In this document: positions 29,553 to 43,156 of the stretch, in pieces
Position numbering within the stretch: position 1 is the first letter of the stretch
Layout of the letters: every line of letters starts with the position of its first letter
Source: Paramecium tetraurelia
Lineage: Eukaryota
Direction: 5' to 3'
Length of the DNA: 64,000 nucleotides
Assembly: GCA_000165425.1 (NCBI GenBank)
Contig: CT867985.1
Span: 124,001-188,000 of the forward strand
Notes under the pieces: generated by a model
Told to the model about the DNA's origin: nothing
What the model saw: only the letters and a program-made list of their open reading frames with translations
The model's database searches: none
Program-made: the position numbers and the translations under genes

Positions 29553-31216
29553 TAGCAGTATCTTAAATAGTTATTTTAATAATGATTTTTTAGAATATAG
29601 GTTAGAATTTATATCATATATTTGAGTTGGATTAAAGATAATCAGAGAATCGTCTTAACCTATTTAACACAGTCTTATACTGTTTCATTATAAATAGCTT
29701 ATTCAAAATTCTGACTAATCATTTTTATGCTGCTTTCTTTCTTACTAAAACAACTCGGAAGAAATAATAAAATAATTGATAAATTTTTAGACTCCTTTAA
29801 ATTTTTGAGAGTTATATTTATTTATTTTTACATTCACACATATATCAGGGTATTAAACAAGAATGGCTGTCCTAAAAATACAACCTTATTTGAATTCTAA
29901 AATTTACTTTTAATCCTATCCATATATAAATAATTGCTAAAATTTTAATTTTATATTAATTAAGTTATATCATTAATTAAAATAATTAAATTATCTTTTT
30001 TTTTGCTAAAGATTTCATAATGACAATATATTTAGTTTACAAAGATATTTGTCCTTTGAAGTGGATTCTAAAATTAAAATATAGCAATTATAAAATGATC
30101 TATTAAGCTGAATTAAAATGGTCTTATTTTTAATCCTAATCGTTTTAAATCAAAAAGATAGTATTTTTTTATCATATTATAAATAAGACACTTTTATAAA
30201 ATTTAAAATAATAAAAATTTCACTTTTAGAAAAAGCACTAAAATTTAGTCAATAATTGATATTAAAATTATTTCAGCTACCTACTGAGATTAAAGCAGAT
30301 CTTAAAATTACATTATAGTCTTCAAACTGGCATGTATCAAGAAAAAAAGATTAATGTTTTTGAGTTTATAATATTAATATAAACAATAAATATCCAAAAA
30401 TTTACAAGCAAACAATACGATAAATTTAGTCTTCAATTTAATTACTGATAATTGCTAATTAATTGTTAGCCCGATGTAACTTTCTAAATTTACAAAAAAC
30501 CATTTTAGTTTTTTGGATTTAACTGCAAGTGAATATTTTCAATTTTGAAATGGTAGCGTAAAGCAACCAGACATCACAATTTTACTTGATTAAAAATATT
30601 ACTCAATTATTTACCTATTTTTTAAAATCAAAATTAACTTTCGATTATATCTCAATTGATAAATATCTTAGAGATAATTATTTAATTTATAATTGCATAA
30701 AATTCCATCTAAACAAAGAATTTCAATTACTGGGATAAAGAGAAATAAGAAATAAAGGTTTCTAATCCTGAATTATCCACAATAATTTTAAGGAGAAAGT
30801 TATAACAACGATATTTGAATTATTATTTAATATTCTAAAATAAATAAAGTACAAAATAATTGAGTAGAATCATGGACAAATGATTATAGACTTGAATTTC
30901 AAATATGTAGGAGAGGATTAAATAGGTTGAGTTAGGCAGTCTTTTTTGTTGCATATCTAAGTAAATTTATATATTATACTAATTCCTTTGAAAACAAATA
31001 AGCATTAGTAGAGATTTTGAATATTTATATTTTTTATGAAATATTCTTACGATAATAGTATATAAAAAGTGCTATGATTAGTATAAACTTGTTGAATATA
31101 TACAAAATTTTAGTTCTATATAAATTTAAAATTTCTCATATTTTGAATAGTTATGGTGTTTAATTTATTTATTCATTAATAGTATTAGCAAGAATAAAAT
31201 TAGGAAATAGTAAAAA

Positions 31217-32000
31217 ATGGCTTCAAATAATGAAAAGAATTTGATAAATGATTCAACTGGAAATCATCATCAGAGTGTGTTAGATGTTCTGAAGCAAATG
31301 AGAAGAAATAAAATGAAAATACTAAAAAAAAGATTATTTATTATTTTAATCGTAGAAATACTTGGAATGAGTGGTAAATAATATTTCAATAAGATTTATC
31401 TAGTATAAATATTAGCATTATCATTCAAAAATTGGTATTAATTTTAAATGGAAGAGGAAGAAAAAATATGGATTCAACTAATTTATATTGAATAATATTA
31501 AGGGTACTCAGATTTTTGTGAAAACATGAATGTCACTAATAACTTGTTATGTAGCGATATGAGAGATGTGGGATTTATTTGTTTTTGTTTTATCGTATTT
31601 GCGATTTTAGTTTAAGTAAGGAAATATAATATACAGATTTTAGAAGTTGTTCGTCTAATCGTCTACTTAAAAAAAGGCAATCCTTGTGTTTTGTGTAAAT
31701 TGAAAGGCAAATTACTTCAAATAGTATTTATTTTACTATTGACATGTGGATATGTTGGATATTTTTTAACAATTCTGTCTTTATTCTAATATAATTAAAG
31801 TAATCCATTTGATATACCAATATATAGAAATCAAATACTTCGGATTTGCATTTTGGATGGGTGCTGGATCAATAATGGGATTGATCTTGGTATCATTCTA
31901 TTATAGAAAAACGAAAGGATCGCTAAATAGAAATAATTAGGTTTAAAAATATTTACTATTTGATAATGGTAAGGTTGAATTTTCAAATATTGCTGAATGA
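31217..32000 (+). CDS. Four-TM membrane protein, claudin/PMP22/amastin-like topology
   Basis: TM1 ending LALSFKNWY, first loop with two Cys (IFCENMNVTNNLLCSDMR), TM2, TM3, and TM4 beginning LGFAFWMGAGS; three short introns. Confidence 0.7.
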
Positions 32001-32079
32001 ATTAGACTATGAATTATTTGTAATGAGTATATAACTCTTTGCTTTAAGTAGTTTTTTGTTTTAATTTTATTAAGTTTAT

Positions 32080-32790
32080 ATGCAAAAAAAAAATAATTAA
32101 TTAATACTGTCACCCAGTGGATTGGGAAGCAATATCAAGCCTGGATTATTTTCAAAGCATTGTGAATTAAACAAATTGAATAAACAAAAAAGTTTTAAGA
32201 TCGAGGAGACACTTACTCCAAAACTCTTCGAAACAAAAGAATCAAGCTTTGCTCCTCAACCGAAATTATAAAAAAGTCAAAGGTATTCATAAATTGAGAT
32301 TAATTTTAGTGCATCTCGTTTACTTTTGCCTAAAGAATAGAAATAGGAAAGAGCAGATAGATAAGAAATATAAAAAATACCATCTATTAAGTAGGATTAA
32401 ATTACTGAACTTTCATAAAAATTGTATAGAGAACTTATAGAATTTAATGAATAGGCAGATTTTGGAGGGTAGAATGAAATTTAGTAATGGAGTGAAGAGA
32501 TGATCAAAAAATTGTAAATCATTAAAAATAGTTTGGAATGTATAATATTTGTAATAGACTAGAATCTGACGTTTTTGACAATCAAGATAATGTGACTGAA
32601 GTTTAACAGTAATTATTATGATATTTTAAGAAATGATATTATTTAGAATTTATAAAAGGAATTAAATGATGAGAGGAAGGAAAGATATAAAATAGAAGAG
32701 GAGGCAACCAATTTAATAACTGAATAGGAATTAGAAATTGATAGGTTAGAGAAGCAATTAAAAATGCTTGAAGAAACGCATGCTTCCTGA
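32080..32790 (+). CDS. Hypothetical protein with C-terminal coiled coil
   Basis: MQKKNNQLILSPSGLGSNIKPG... with two short introns, ending ELEIDRLEKQLKMLEETHAS*. Confidence 0.7.
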
Positions 32791-32857
32791 TAATTTCAAT
32801 TAATTAAGTTAAAATCTATATAATATTTATAACACACATTATAAAAATACAGACACT

Positions 32858-35800
32858 TCAAAGCAGCATGGCAGATTCATTTACATTTAAAACTGTTTCC
32901 GTCTTTTTGAGTAAATTTGTAAATGTTTCAATTTGATTATATTCTTAACTCAAGTCTTTTAGGGCTGCATCTTCTTTAGATAAGATTTTTTTGTCTGATA
33001 ATTCATCAAAGTGTTCCTATTGTAAATAAGTTGGCCTGATTGACATAAATCTATTAATTTATTGATAATATTACTTATAAAATGATGTGATCACTGCAAA
33101 TGATGAGGTCAGTAAAGTTATTATAATATTCCATTTAAGATCACCATTTTTAATTGCTTATTTTATTAGAAATATAATCAGAATTATTATTTGGGGTAAA
33201 TCTTCGAAAAGAAACTAAATTAAATATCCTTTTATTGAAGAATTAATAGCTTTTCCTGCTTAATTAGGCATGAAGAATCTCATAATAAAATTATTGGGTA
33301 TAATATCAACATTAAATGGAGCATACGCTAATCTAGAATTAATAGCAACTGCTTAATTTTTGCCTGCTAGACTTGATGCGCATAAAAGTCTGTTATATAT
33401 TGAGTTGACAAGCTATTTGATTTCAGATCATTACGATTTAATATTGTTTATAAATCATACTGAATGAATAAAACACAATATAATATTCAAACCTTAATTA
33501 AATATTTATAAAGCCAAAACAAGGTAAAATAGTATGTACTCATTCACAATAATAGCCAAGTTAAGATAAAAGCAAATATCATTGAATTAATCGTATTTAA
33601 GCAAGTTGGCTGGTGACGATATTTTTGCATAAAACTACGATCTCAACTATAGCTTAACTGGAATTAGCAAATTTATCTAATTATGTTTGCGCACTCTTCA
33701 AAACAGACCCTTATTTCTTATAATCACTTTTTGGTTTCTCATCATTTTCTTTTTGTTACTAGATTTAGCTATCTTCATTAGGATAGATCTAAATTGCGAA
33801 TTTTTCGATAAATGTTGGTACATGTTAAATAATGTTCTTATATATGTATGCCTCCAAAATCATAGAGACTCCAGCAAAAGAATAATATAAATAAAATGCC
33901 ACTTTATTAGGTTGATTAATACAAAAATCTTGTCTTGTAGCTGCAGATGCATCCCCTTAATAGTAGTGACTAAAAAAATAAGGAGCGATTAAACATATTG
34001 CTAAAAATAATAAGTTATTTATGACTAAGAAGAAAAAGTAAATCTGCTTAGTAGATAAAAATTTGTTTAAATTCGTGACTTCATTATTGAATTTATACTG
34101 CTTTGTTTATTAAACAAAGGCATTACAAATTTTATATAAAACCTTTTTAAAAAGCTTTCTGCAACCAATCGGCTTCATATTATAAGCTAATTCTCTTAAA
34201 GCATAGCCAATACCAATATTTAAAAAGTTATCAAAATCGTATTATATGGATGAATATTCAAAATGATTAGTATCGTAAAAAATTGAATAAATTGCTTTGA
34301 TGGCTTATAAAGTCAAAGTATTTTATACTCTAATTTTGGAGGGTGGAATCAATCTGATTAATTAAACAATCTCAGCTTCTGTATAACCTAATTTAAACAT
34401 TTCATCGATTAAATCGTCATCTAAATAATAATCCATAATTATCTGATCAATTGAAGATTAATATGATTTGATATTCTCCCAAATGTATAGTATGAATTAA
34501 TGTGTTACCTTTTCTAATCCCTGAGTTTAAGCATTTATAATTACTATCTTTTAGATTATGCTATTTTATTATTTAAAAGCCAAAAATGTGTCATTTTAAA
34601 AAAGTAATGTAAATGGATAAGGACATCCAGGTTCTTTAGTTGTATATTTAAAGTAATTGCAAAATAAATCTAATGTATTCAAATTTAAATAAATGGTAGC
34701 TGATTACATTCTATTTTCTATGAAATGATCATTCAGAATTTAGATATAATGATTAGCTAAACTCAAATGATATTAGGAGACTTTAATTATTGCCTATTCA
34801 GTCCAGCTTGCTGTTTTAAAGTTTCTCTGATTGTACATAATGTTATATTATAATTAGTTAAAATAGCCAAACTCTTCAGGAGTTCCTGCGAATCGACCTA
34901 CATCATTCATTCCATAATCTATATCTATTGGTAAATCTGGAGGAGGACCGTAACCTTCAGGTTAATCGGATAGATATGGTTGTATTTTTTATTTTAAGAC
35001 AGTATTATGAGTCAATAAGGTGTGTATGGAAAGTTTTCTGTTGGATGAGTTCTTTGCTTTTTGAATGGCAGAATCAACGATATTCTAAAGTTTTCGATCA
35101 TTATCTAAATTAGTGTCTGAAATATTTAATTCTAATAATTCCACTTTTGGGTGAAAGAATAAATTCTAAGACACATCAAGCCAACCTTTATGTGTCAATG
35201 AACCATTATAAGAAAAACTTAGTCGTTTAACTTAATAGACATATCCAGATGGTTTGGATGCAAAATATGTTCTGGCATTTTTTGTAATAATTTCGGTAGA
35301 GGCATCTGTAAGAGCCATGAAATGTAAAAAGACTGTTTCCATACATGGTGTTAAATTACTAAATAATATTGTTGAGCAAGTTAAATTCCATGCTTCTTCA
35401 GTTTATACAAATTCATTCCTTCCAATATCGAAATATTTTAATGGTAAATGATTGATATAAGTTCGTTTAAATTGTTTTTAGAATTTTAACCAATTTATTG
35501 CTTATTTACAAAGATCTATTTACATCTCACTACTCCAATTTGTAACTTCCAATTCTATTCGCTCAATGGATATGTATTCAAAGTATAAAATCTCTTTGTT
35601 TATTAATTCAGCACCTTCTAATCCTATATACAAACTATAATAAATATTGAATCTCTTTAATTTTAACTAAGTTGAACTTTATTTATTTCTTGATTCAATT
35701 TCACTTCTAAATTTAGATGCACCTTCTGTTAATGCTTGAATTCCGGGAGGTTTTAAATGACATTGATGAAAAGTTAATTCCTCAAGTTAACTTTACTCAT

Positions 35801-38800
35801 TATATATAAATTTTTCACCAATTATTCTTAAGGATTCCTCACTGAGTTGCTCCTGATTATTATAATAAAGGTCAAAACTCAATTTTAAATATTTCAATTT
35901 TTCATATTCATTTCCAATATTTAATTGCTCATTAAAAGAGTCTAAATGGCAATATGTAAAAGATGTAAAATTAAAGTTTTTGTTAAAACAAAATTTCTCT
36001 TACAAAACTTAAACATCTTCTCCTTTTATAGATTTTACAGTTAGATCACATACTTTATTTAATGATGAATTTATTTATTCATTTAATATGGTTTCTGTTT
36101 ATGCATATGATGTAATACCCTATAATTATAAATTTACCAAAAAATTTCTGGATTTATTTAATAAAGATAAGAAATTGTCATCAATCAACACAGTGTTTGA
36201 TATTACTAATTTTTTGATATGTAATTATTTGATCTCTTTCAATCCTCTTTCATAGAATGCATCAAAACATCTACATTCTTATTCATCACCAGTAATTGTT
36301 AATTCATCTAATTAAGTTGTTGGATTCTATAATATTTCATTCATTAAATTGCTCATTGTTTCTATTTTATCAATATCATATCCTCCTGAATAAATATTTA
36401 ATTTCTTCAACAATATATCTTTTTCATATTTGTTTTATCCATACCAATCATTTGTGTTGATTTTACCCTCAAAATTAAAATACTCTCCAATTTCAAGACA
36501 TTCAATTGGGAATAATTCACCAAATATAAAATATTTGAAGAACTTCAAACTATTATCTCTATCTAATGTTTCTGAAATTCCTTTCAAATTTAATTGATTA
36601 ATATAATATTTCTCTTTTTATTATGATTACTATATTATTTCTTTAATTATCCCATAATTGAAACCTGATAAATCTAATTTCTTCAAATTTATATATTTAG
36701 AACAAATAAAATAATTTACAAATAATCTTGTAGTTTCTTCACTATCATTTGTAATCCCTTCCATTGTAATTTCTTCTAATTAATAATTATATGCTTCATT
36801 TACGTTTATTTATCTCTATAATTATTATCCATATTTTTAATATTCTTCCACATTTCTCATAAACAATTCAATATTAAAATTTTATAGTTTCAATATAACC
36901 AATTTATTTAAAGGATGACAAATAATTCCACATACTAATGCTTTATATATTTATTGAGTTTATTCCTCTGGAGAATAAGTCAAATTCATATCCAACTCTA
37001 AGTACCTTAATTATTAAGGAGGTTAAAATTGGAATTTATTATAATGGAATAAAATCTTTTCAGCTAAATTTAGATCTTAATTCTTGATTATTGTCTTTAT
37101 TTCTGAGAGTTTATTTTCCACCTCTAATGATCCTTCATTATTATTTTCGCCTTCTTGTTATTCTTTAATTTATGATTAAACTAGATTATTCTTATTGACA
37201 TCTAAAAGAATTGAAAATAAATTATTCCATTATTTTGCAGAGATATCAGGATTTAAGCTTAAATCAATGTCTCTTAATTTAAAATATCTTTTCAAATTGT
37301 TATTTTTCTCCTTGTTTTTTAAATTCGTTATTATTTTGCAAAGAGATTACACATGTTTTTTCTGGCATTTACAATTCCTCAACACAAGTGTAGTTAATTA
37401 TTATTTGGCTTCATTAAATACGATATCTTCAAAGAACCATTCAAAAGCTTCGTCTATTTCTGTATTAATGGCTACAAAGGAATTCAAACTCAATGTTAAT
37501 GTTTCTTTTAGCTCATTCTCTTTAATTATTTGTTTGGATGACATTAAATATTTATCAAAACCATGACAATCATTTAATGAAAGTTCTTTGATTTTACAGA
37601 ATGGATTCAATGCAAACATAATTAAAAATTCAGTTTAAATTTCACAACTTTCTAAAGTTAATGAATTTAGTCTTGGTTTGATTATTTAATTTTATAATTC
37701 TATCTTTTTAATTAGATTTTCAAACACTTTTTGTATTGCTTTCTACATATTCTCACAAAACTTGATAGATTTTAATCTCAATCTTGTTAATTATGAGTTC
37801 ATATTAAATAAAAATGTTTATACAAATAATTGCCATTAGTTAACGTCAGGTAATTCAATAGATTCCAAAGATAATTACTTTAATTATGATAATTAATGAT
37901 CAGGATCCTCAATATTGATATTTTTTGTTATTATAGATTCTAAAAAGTTTGTTATAGGTATCTCTATTAATGTAAGTTTATTCAATCTTATGTAAGAATT
38001 CAAAACAACAAATTCAAATATATTTTCATATACTTATTCTCCATACAAATTTCCAATCTCTAAAGTCTTTAAAGATTTAATAGAGTGTTATTCATTTTTC
38101 ATTACCTCTTATAAAATTTCTTTGTTTTTATCTTTTATGGTTATTGTGATTCCAATCAAGCATAATTCTTCTAAGAAAGAGCATTTGTGAAAAATCAAAT
38201 AGTGAATTGAAGAATATAGTTCTAATGAGGCTCCATATGCATTTTTTAATGTGAATGATTTTAAACCAAAAAATTGATTGTTCAATGTAAGATCATTCAC
38301 AAAAGTAGTTAATCCTTCTTCAAACTACTCAGAATCAGTGCCAAATGAAGTATCTTCTAAATAAAACTTTTCTAGTGATAAATTGTTGTTGAACACTAAT
38401 TGATTGAAATGAATTTATTCAAGATAAAACCTCATTCTTATACCTTTGAATTGTTTTAATGTGTATCTAACATTCTAATCTGAACGTGAGATTATTGTCA
38501 GGGCCTCATTAAAGGCCTCATTTCTCTAATTTACATTAAAAGCTTCAGTAAAAGTTACACTTTCCATTTACAAATAATCTTCTGTAGTTGTAAATACTAG
38601 TGACAATAAAAACTATAAATTGATTGGAGTTTCCATTGAATACCTTTATTCTGGAATTTAAATCTCGACCAATGGAATTCTGTAATTTTGATAGTAGCAA
38701 TTAGAAGAGTTAGCTTTTATTTCTTTGACAAAGTCATTGTATGCTTTATAGTAGGCTTCCATTCTTCCTGCATCACAATTCGATATTGTTAATTTTCTTA

Positions 38801-40156
38801 AGTTAGAATGAATATTAAAACAAGTATTCTTTATGAGTTTATACATCAAGTCATGTCTATTATAATTTTCAACTGTTGACAAATCCAATTCCTCAAGGTT
38901 AAGAGTTTACAAAATTTTGGTTTGCTATGTCAATCGACTTAGATTTGCTATCTATTTATCATAAGATTCAATAAAATAAAAGAGTTTTAATAGAGTTGGT
39001 AATTCAGCTGGTAATGAATTGTCAAAGTTGATTACTTTTAAGTCATTTAAAATATTGTAACTTATTAATTCAAATACCTTTGGAGTCATTTTATCATTGT
39101 ATGAAATGTTCAACATAGACAATCTTAATTGATCATAACGATTACCACATAGACTCTCTACAGATACAGAGTTGTGCAGTAAAGGTTAGTTACCTAAATT
39201 ATTTTAATAGTTTTACTCATCTCCAAATTTAGTAAACCTTTGGAAGTCGAAAATTGCTGACATGCTTTTGAAAATTCTCCTAATTCTCCTAGGTAATTAT
39301 CATTTATATTCAATCCAACTAGCTATTCCAAATGATCTTCATGATAGAGTAATTATATTAAATTATAAAATGCTTTATAGTTGGTATTAGTGAAACACCC
39401 TGCTACTTTCAAATCATAAAATGATGTTTAATCGATTTCCGATTCTGCATTTGCTATTTTTTCTTTATATGAGAGTTAATCCACTTCATTGTAAAATATC
39501 TTAATCAATCCCATCGAGAAGTTTTCAAGATTCTTAATTAATTTATAGAAATAATTTCGTCTCTTGGCTTCGAATTCTTTTTTGAGAAATAATTCTAATT
39601 AAATTATGAAACTGCCTTTGTAAATTCCAGGATTGCTCTTAATAAAAATCTAGTAATATTAGTAAATAGCTTACTTATTAAAAATTAATTTTGTTTAATA
39701 GCAAATCATATAAGAAATCCTTAACATCCAAATCATCAATTTCATTTTATTTCAAAATTAAAGTAAAATCAATTGGATTTATCCAATTAATGAGTCTACC
39801 TAGTATATTTAGATGTTCCTTATCTAACTAAGTATTAATAAATTAAAGTAATGACAATTAAGTTAACGAACGTAATTCTTATTCAATATAAATCCAATGT
39901 TCTATTTTAAAAGTTCCTTTGTAATCCTTAATGCTAATCTCTCCATTCCATTCTCCCTTTTTAACCAAAGCCTATTTTAGGAATTTAAGTTTACATTAAA
40001 CTAATTTAATTGATTCGTAACTTATATGCCTGGTCTAAATGTGCACCTCTTCTTCTAGCTCTAAACTTCCTAAGTAGTAAATTTTAGCTTATCTTGTAAT
40101 TCTTAGTTATTCTGAACAAGCATTTTGAGTGCCTTGACGACTGCATTTTAGCTCAT
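32858..40156 (-). CDS. Giant (~2400 aa) protein with degenerate LRR-like solenoid and C-terminal multi-TM domain
   Basis: MSQNAVVKALKMLV...; recurring LxxLxLxxC-like units (LRKLTISNC, FLEELCLIG, IKELSLNDC, LKKLDLSGF); TM region ~33050-34050 with KYDQFND and FEDLPQ motifs. Confidence 0.75.
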
Positions 40157-40311
40157 GATTTATATAATAATTTATATTGAGTATTATTTAAAATTATATG
40201 TACTTTAATAATTCTTTCTCCATAAGTAAATGTCACTAAAATTTAAGAAATTCCGATAAAATTATGTGAAATACAATTAAATCATTTTTTTGAACTTTAT
40301 AAATAATTTTA

Positions 40312-42550
40312 TCATTCTTCTTCTTTAGATTAATTTATATCGTTCTAATTTACACCAGGTGGTAATTCTTCATCTCTGTTGATTGTAAATACCTTCTTAG
40401 GAATTGGATCTGTCTTAGTATTTAATGGTTTTAATTCTTCTTCATTCTCTTCCTGTTTCAATATTTGAGTGTTTTGATCTTCTTACTCTTTTGATACTAA
40501 ATCTGCTTATTCTAATTATTAAATTATTGGTTTTTGTTCGAGTTAATCATTATTTGAATTCTTAATCTTTTCAATTTCTTCAATATCTATTTAGAATGAT
40601 TGAGTGATATCCAATCCTTCAGGTGGTTTAATCAATTTTTATGCCTAATAATGATAAATTGTAATACTTCTAAATTAATTGGAGGTAAATCTTCGGCATA
40701 TAAATTATATAATTATTGTAATTATTCTTTTGTCTTATTCAATATGAAGGATTCATAAAAGAATGAAATTTTCACAATTGAAATGTTGTGCAATTTATTA
40801 TAAATATTCTTTATTAGTTGTTCAATTTATGGAATGATATCATTCGATGGATCTGTTTTAATAATTTGGATGTATATCTTAAATAGTAATGAATCTATAT
40901 CGGACAAGGATGATTCATAACAATTCAATATATTCAATTATTCTAAGAATTTAATTATATTTGTAAGGGCATCTAATTTCAATAATTTAACTGATTCTCC
41001 CACTATCATAATTAAAGATTTAAAAATTATTTCTCTATGATTTAAGGAGTATTTTAATTAAGTATGTCTCTAAACAATATTCAAAGTAGGTCCTTGCAAG
41101 GTATCTGATTAGATTGCATATGTTTAAAGTATTTGATTGCACAGTTAATCTGAGTAAACTTTTAATCCAGGAACTCTTGTTAACAATTCAAAAAGCAATT
41201 CTTTAAATCTAATAGCATTGTCAATAGTGTCTATTTTTTAAGCAATAACTGGAATATACACAAGTAATAATTTCTCAGGGTCATCGACATTAATAAATTT
41301 ATCTTTCATTATTATGAAAACTATTATAAAATAAATATTTCTTACTTAATGATTCAATAATTTTATGATTGCTTTCCAAATCTGAATATTTTAAAAAGAA
41401 TTCAATAACTGTTTGAAAATTCTGTTGATTTGTAAAATCTTTGAACAACTATAAAATTTATAGTTTTGAAAAGTAATCACTTTTTTTAAAACTCTCTAGA
41501 ATCTGTTCTTAAAACTCCATTAGACCAGCTGATGATGAAATATGTGTTAAGCATTCCAATCCCAAACATCTCACTAAGAATAAAGATTTATATATACAAT
41601 TAGGATCTTGATGATTTAAAAATTATTTTAAAATATCTCCTGCACTTTCATAAAGTTGTGAATGATTTTTAAAATACTTCATTATTGAATAAACTAGTTC
41701 GTATTACAAAGATTTAGAATTTGTCTAATTAAGCAATCTTGTGTAGTGTTCTATTAACTTACCTTAAAACCTAGGTTCTAAAGATATCAATTTATTTGAA
41801 ATTCTAACAAGTTTTATTAACAACCAATTTGATTTTTACTTAGAAATTTAATCGTAAACAATTGATAAAAATAAAGGATAGAGCTTTGGGGCAACCTTCA
41901 TTACTGAACAAAATAAACTAATCCCACATGCCAAGACTGAAATATTTGATTCTTTTTATAATTGTTATATGACCATCTCTAAGTTGCCAGGAATATTCAA
42001 TGGATTTATCGTAAATATTTTAGATAACACTGCTATTGCCTTCTTTCTTATTAATGGCTTAGTATTAGTAGTAAGTTTTAAAACATGTGTTAATAAGGAA
42101 TCTGATAAATCTTTATTTGCTATAGTTCCCAAACAACTTAAAGTAGCAGAGCATTCAACATGACCATTTTTAAATTCCTTTTAAAATACATTTGTAACCA
42201 TAATGAGACCTTGGCTTTGGCTATCAATTACTAAATGCGCTGCTAATTAAGCACCTAATTTTAATTAGAAATCTGCACAGCCCATCAAATTTATGATTTG
42301 AAATTCTGCCCATCTAATGTTATTCCCCTCCATAGCTAGCTTACTTATAGAAATATTTAAATACAAAGAACAATTTTAACAATGCTTAATATCTCACTGA
42401 TTCCTATCTACTTTATATTTCGTTTTTAATATCGGCTATTGTTTAAGTGGTAAATGTTAGCTTGTCATATTGGGATGTAGTCCTTGATGTTCTTACAACA
42501 TCTGCCAAAGATTTTAAGAATATTTAATCCATTTATGACAAGTGGAACAT
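40312..42550 (-). CDS. AP3D1: AP-3 complex subunit delta (adaptin trunk)
   Basis: IFLKSLADVVR...IADIKNEI...ALLKLFFLAMRGNNIRWAEFQIINLMG...GLIMVTNVFQKEF, KPLIRKKAIA, NNWLLIKL, LEPRFQGKL, DPNCIY resemble the delta-adaptin N-terminus. Confidence 0.88.
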
Positions 42551-43156
42551 TATTTTGATATATAATATAAATATTATTATATTCTCATGCAATTCATTTT
42601 CTAAACGCAAATAATATTATTTATAAATAATGATTATTTAAGAATAATCGAACATTTTTAAGAATATTCATATAAAGAGTATAAGAATATAAATAGTAAA
42701 CTGAATGCATTAGTTATAAGTTAAACGATCATTAAATTGCGTTCTGTTGTTCTTTAATCCAATTATAGATTATTCAGCTCATTCAATAAATATACTTTTA
42801 ATCCTGATTTTTGCAATCTCTGATCAACTCAATAAAATAGATCATAACAAAGGACAATTCAACTAGTATTTGAACCAAACTTGTGAGTCAAATTGTATTA
42901 GCTTTACTGCAAGAACAACAGAAATATAATTTAATCATAAGGATCAAGTATTTAATGAATAACAATCATAAAAGACGAAACGAAGACTTTATGTGAGATT
43001 GCGATAATAAAATAAATGAATATTGAAGGCAATATAAGGAAAATGAAATCTATATAGAATTGATATAAAAAATTTGATTACATCGATTGAATTACGTATA
43101 TAAACAAGAATTTTAAGAATTCTGACATTTATATTATTATTAAAAAGGTTTGTTTC

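Noticed and set aside
42630..43150. Open frame between AP3D and ABCA
   Set aside because: With only TGA as stop, long open frames arise by chance; no motif or clear start-intron-stop model.
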